This document shows, in pieces, positions 63,512 through 64,000 of a stretch of 64,000 bases of DNA (within the stretch, counting starts at the first letter, position 1; each line of letters starts with the position of its first letter). The stretch is from Chrysomallon squamiferum (Eukaryota > Animalia > Mollusca): positions 3,658,001-3,722,000 of the forward strand of contig CM022665.1 of the NCBI GenBank assembly GCA_012295275.1, read 5' to 3'. A program made the translations under genes and the position numbers. The notes under the pieces were generated by a model that was given only the letters and a program-made list of their open reading frames with translations, made no database searches and was not told where the DNA came from.

Positions 63512-63717
63512 TAATAATCATTTCAAAGGCAGACATGTGAGTATTGATAAACAAGTAGTTAGTGAAGGACTTACTTAAACACGTTTTTACTTGTGTAGTT
63601 CTTTGAGGTTTTTACTTCGTTCACCAGCCGACATGATACGCCGATTATCGAATCGAAGGCGGTCACAATCCACGGATAATACTGTACCATTACATCTCGC
63701 ATTCGAAGGCCATCTTC
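58314..63717 (-). CDS. Zona pellucida (ZP) domain secreted protein, 3' portion (5' exons upstream of 63717 not resolved, probably beyond the right edge)
   Basis: Phase-compatible exons: 63717-63575 (VMVQYYPWIVTAFDSIIGVSC, end of ZP-N), 61970-61825, 61261-61174 (VESCTAS..IIENG), 60688-60520 (CP..FKMQSFRF..LRCAVKVC..C, ZP-C), 58807-58720 (TCDGKRKRR, furin site), 58330-58314 (GTVSQ*). Confidence 0.88.
60899..60986. repeat. (GA)n microsatellite
   Basis: Seen directly. Confidence 0.95.
63365..63518. repeat. (AAT)n/(GATAAT)n compound microsatellite
   Basis: Seen directly. Confidence 0.93.
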
Positions 63718-64000
63718 CTAGTATAATACACATGTATATATGTATGTATGTATGTGCGTACGTACGTGTCAGTGATTATGTGTGTGCATGCGTGCATGTG
63801 GGATTGTGTATATATATATGTATGTATGAATACATCTATGTATATATCTACGTACGTAAATATGTGTGTATGTGTGTGAGTGTTTGTGTTCGTGAGCACT
63901 TGTATTCGTATGGGCATAATATTACGTTCTTAACCAACTCGCTAAAATTGTACCAGGAAGAGTTGTGTCCCTTCGTGTATCATTTGCTCAAAAAAATCAA

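Overview
AT-rich, microsatellite-dense animal genomic DNA; it is eukaryotic with GT-AG introns, and gene content and repeat style suggest a mollusc, which is inference. Four spliced protein-coding genes were reconstructed by hand. (1) A large uncharacterised minus-strand gene, ATG 22639, at least 15 exons including 22-nt and 27-nt microexons, running off the left edge. (2) An 11-exon NADP-type malic enzyme on the plus strand (27096-38988), with an apparent 1-nt frameshift in the last exon and a candidate upstream exon encoding a mitochondrial-like presequence. (3) A complete 10-coding-exon SLC22 organic-ion transporter on the minus strand (52900-42967), with a 2.9-kb 40/42-bp satellite in intron 5 and apparently duplicated non-coding first exons. 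(4) The 3' part of a ZP (zona pellucida)-domain protein on the minus strand (63717-58314), with a furin site and no visible transmembrane anchor. Also present: pogo/Tigger-like and hAT MITEs, decayed tRNA-derived SINEs, tandem duplications and a clear CpG-depleted versus CpG-rich mosaic. No prokaryotic-type systems (CRISPR, operons) were found, and nothing here is securely a new biological system. The strongest leads are regulatory or isoform-level.
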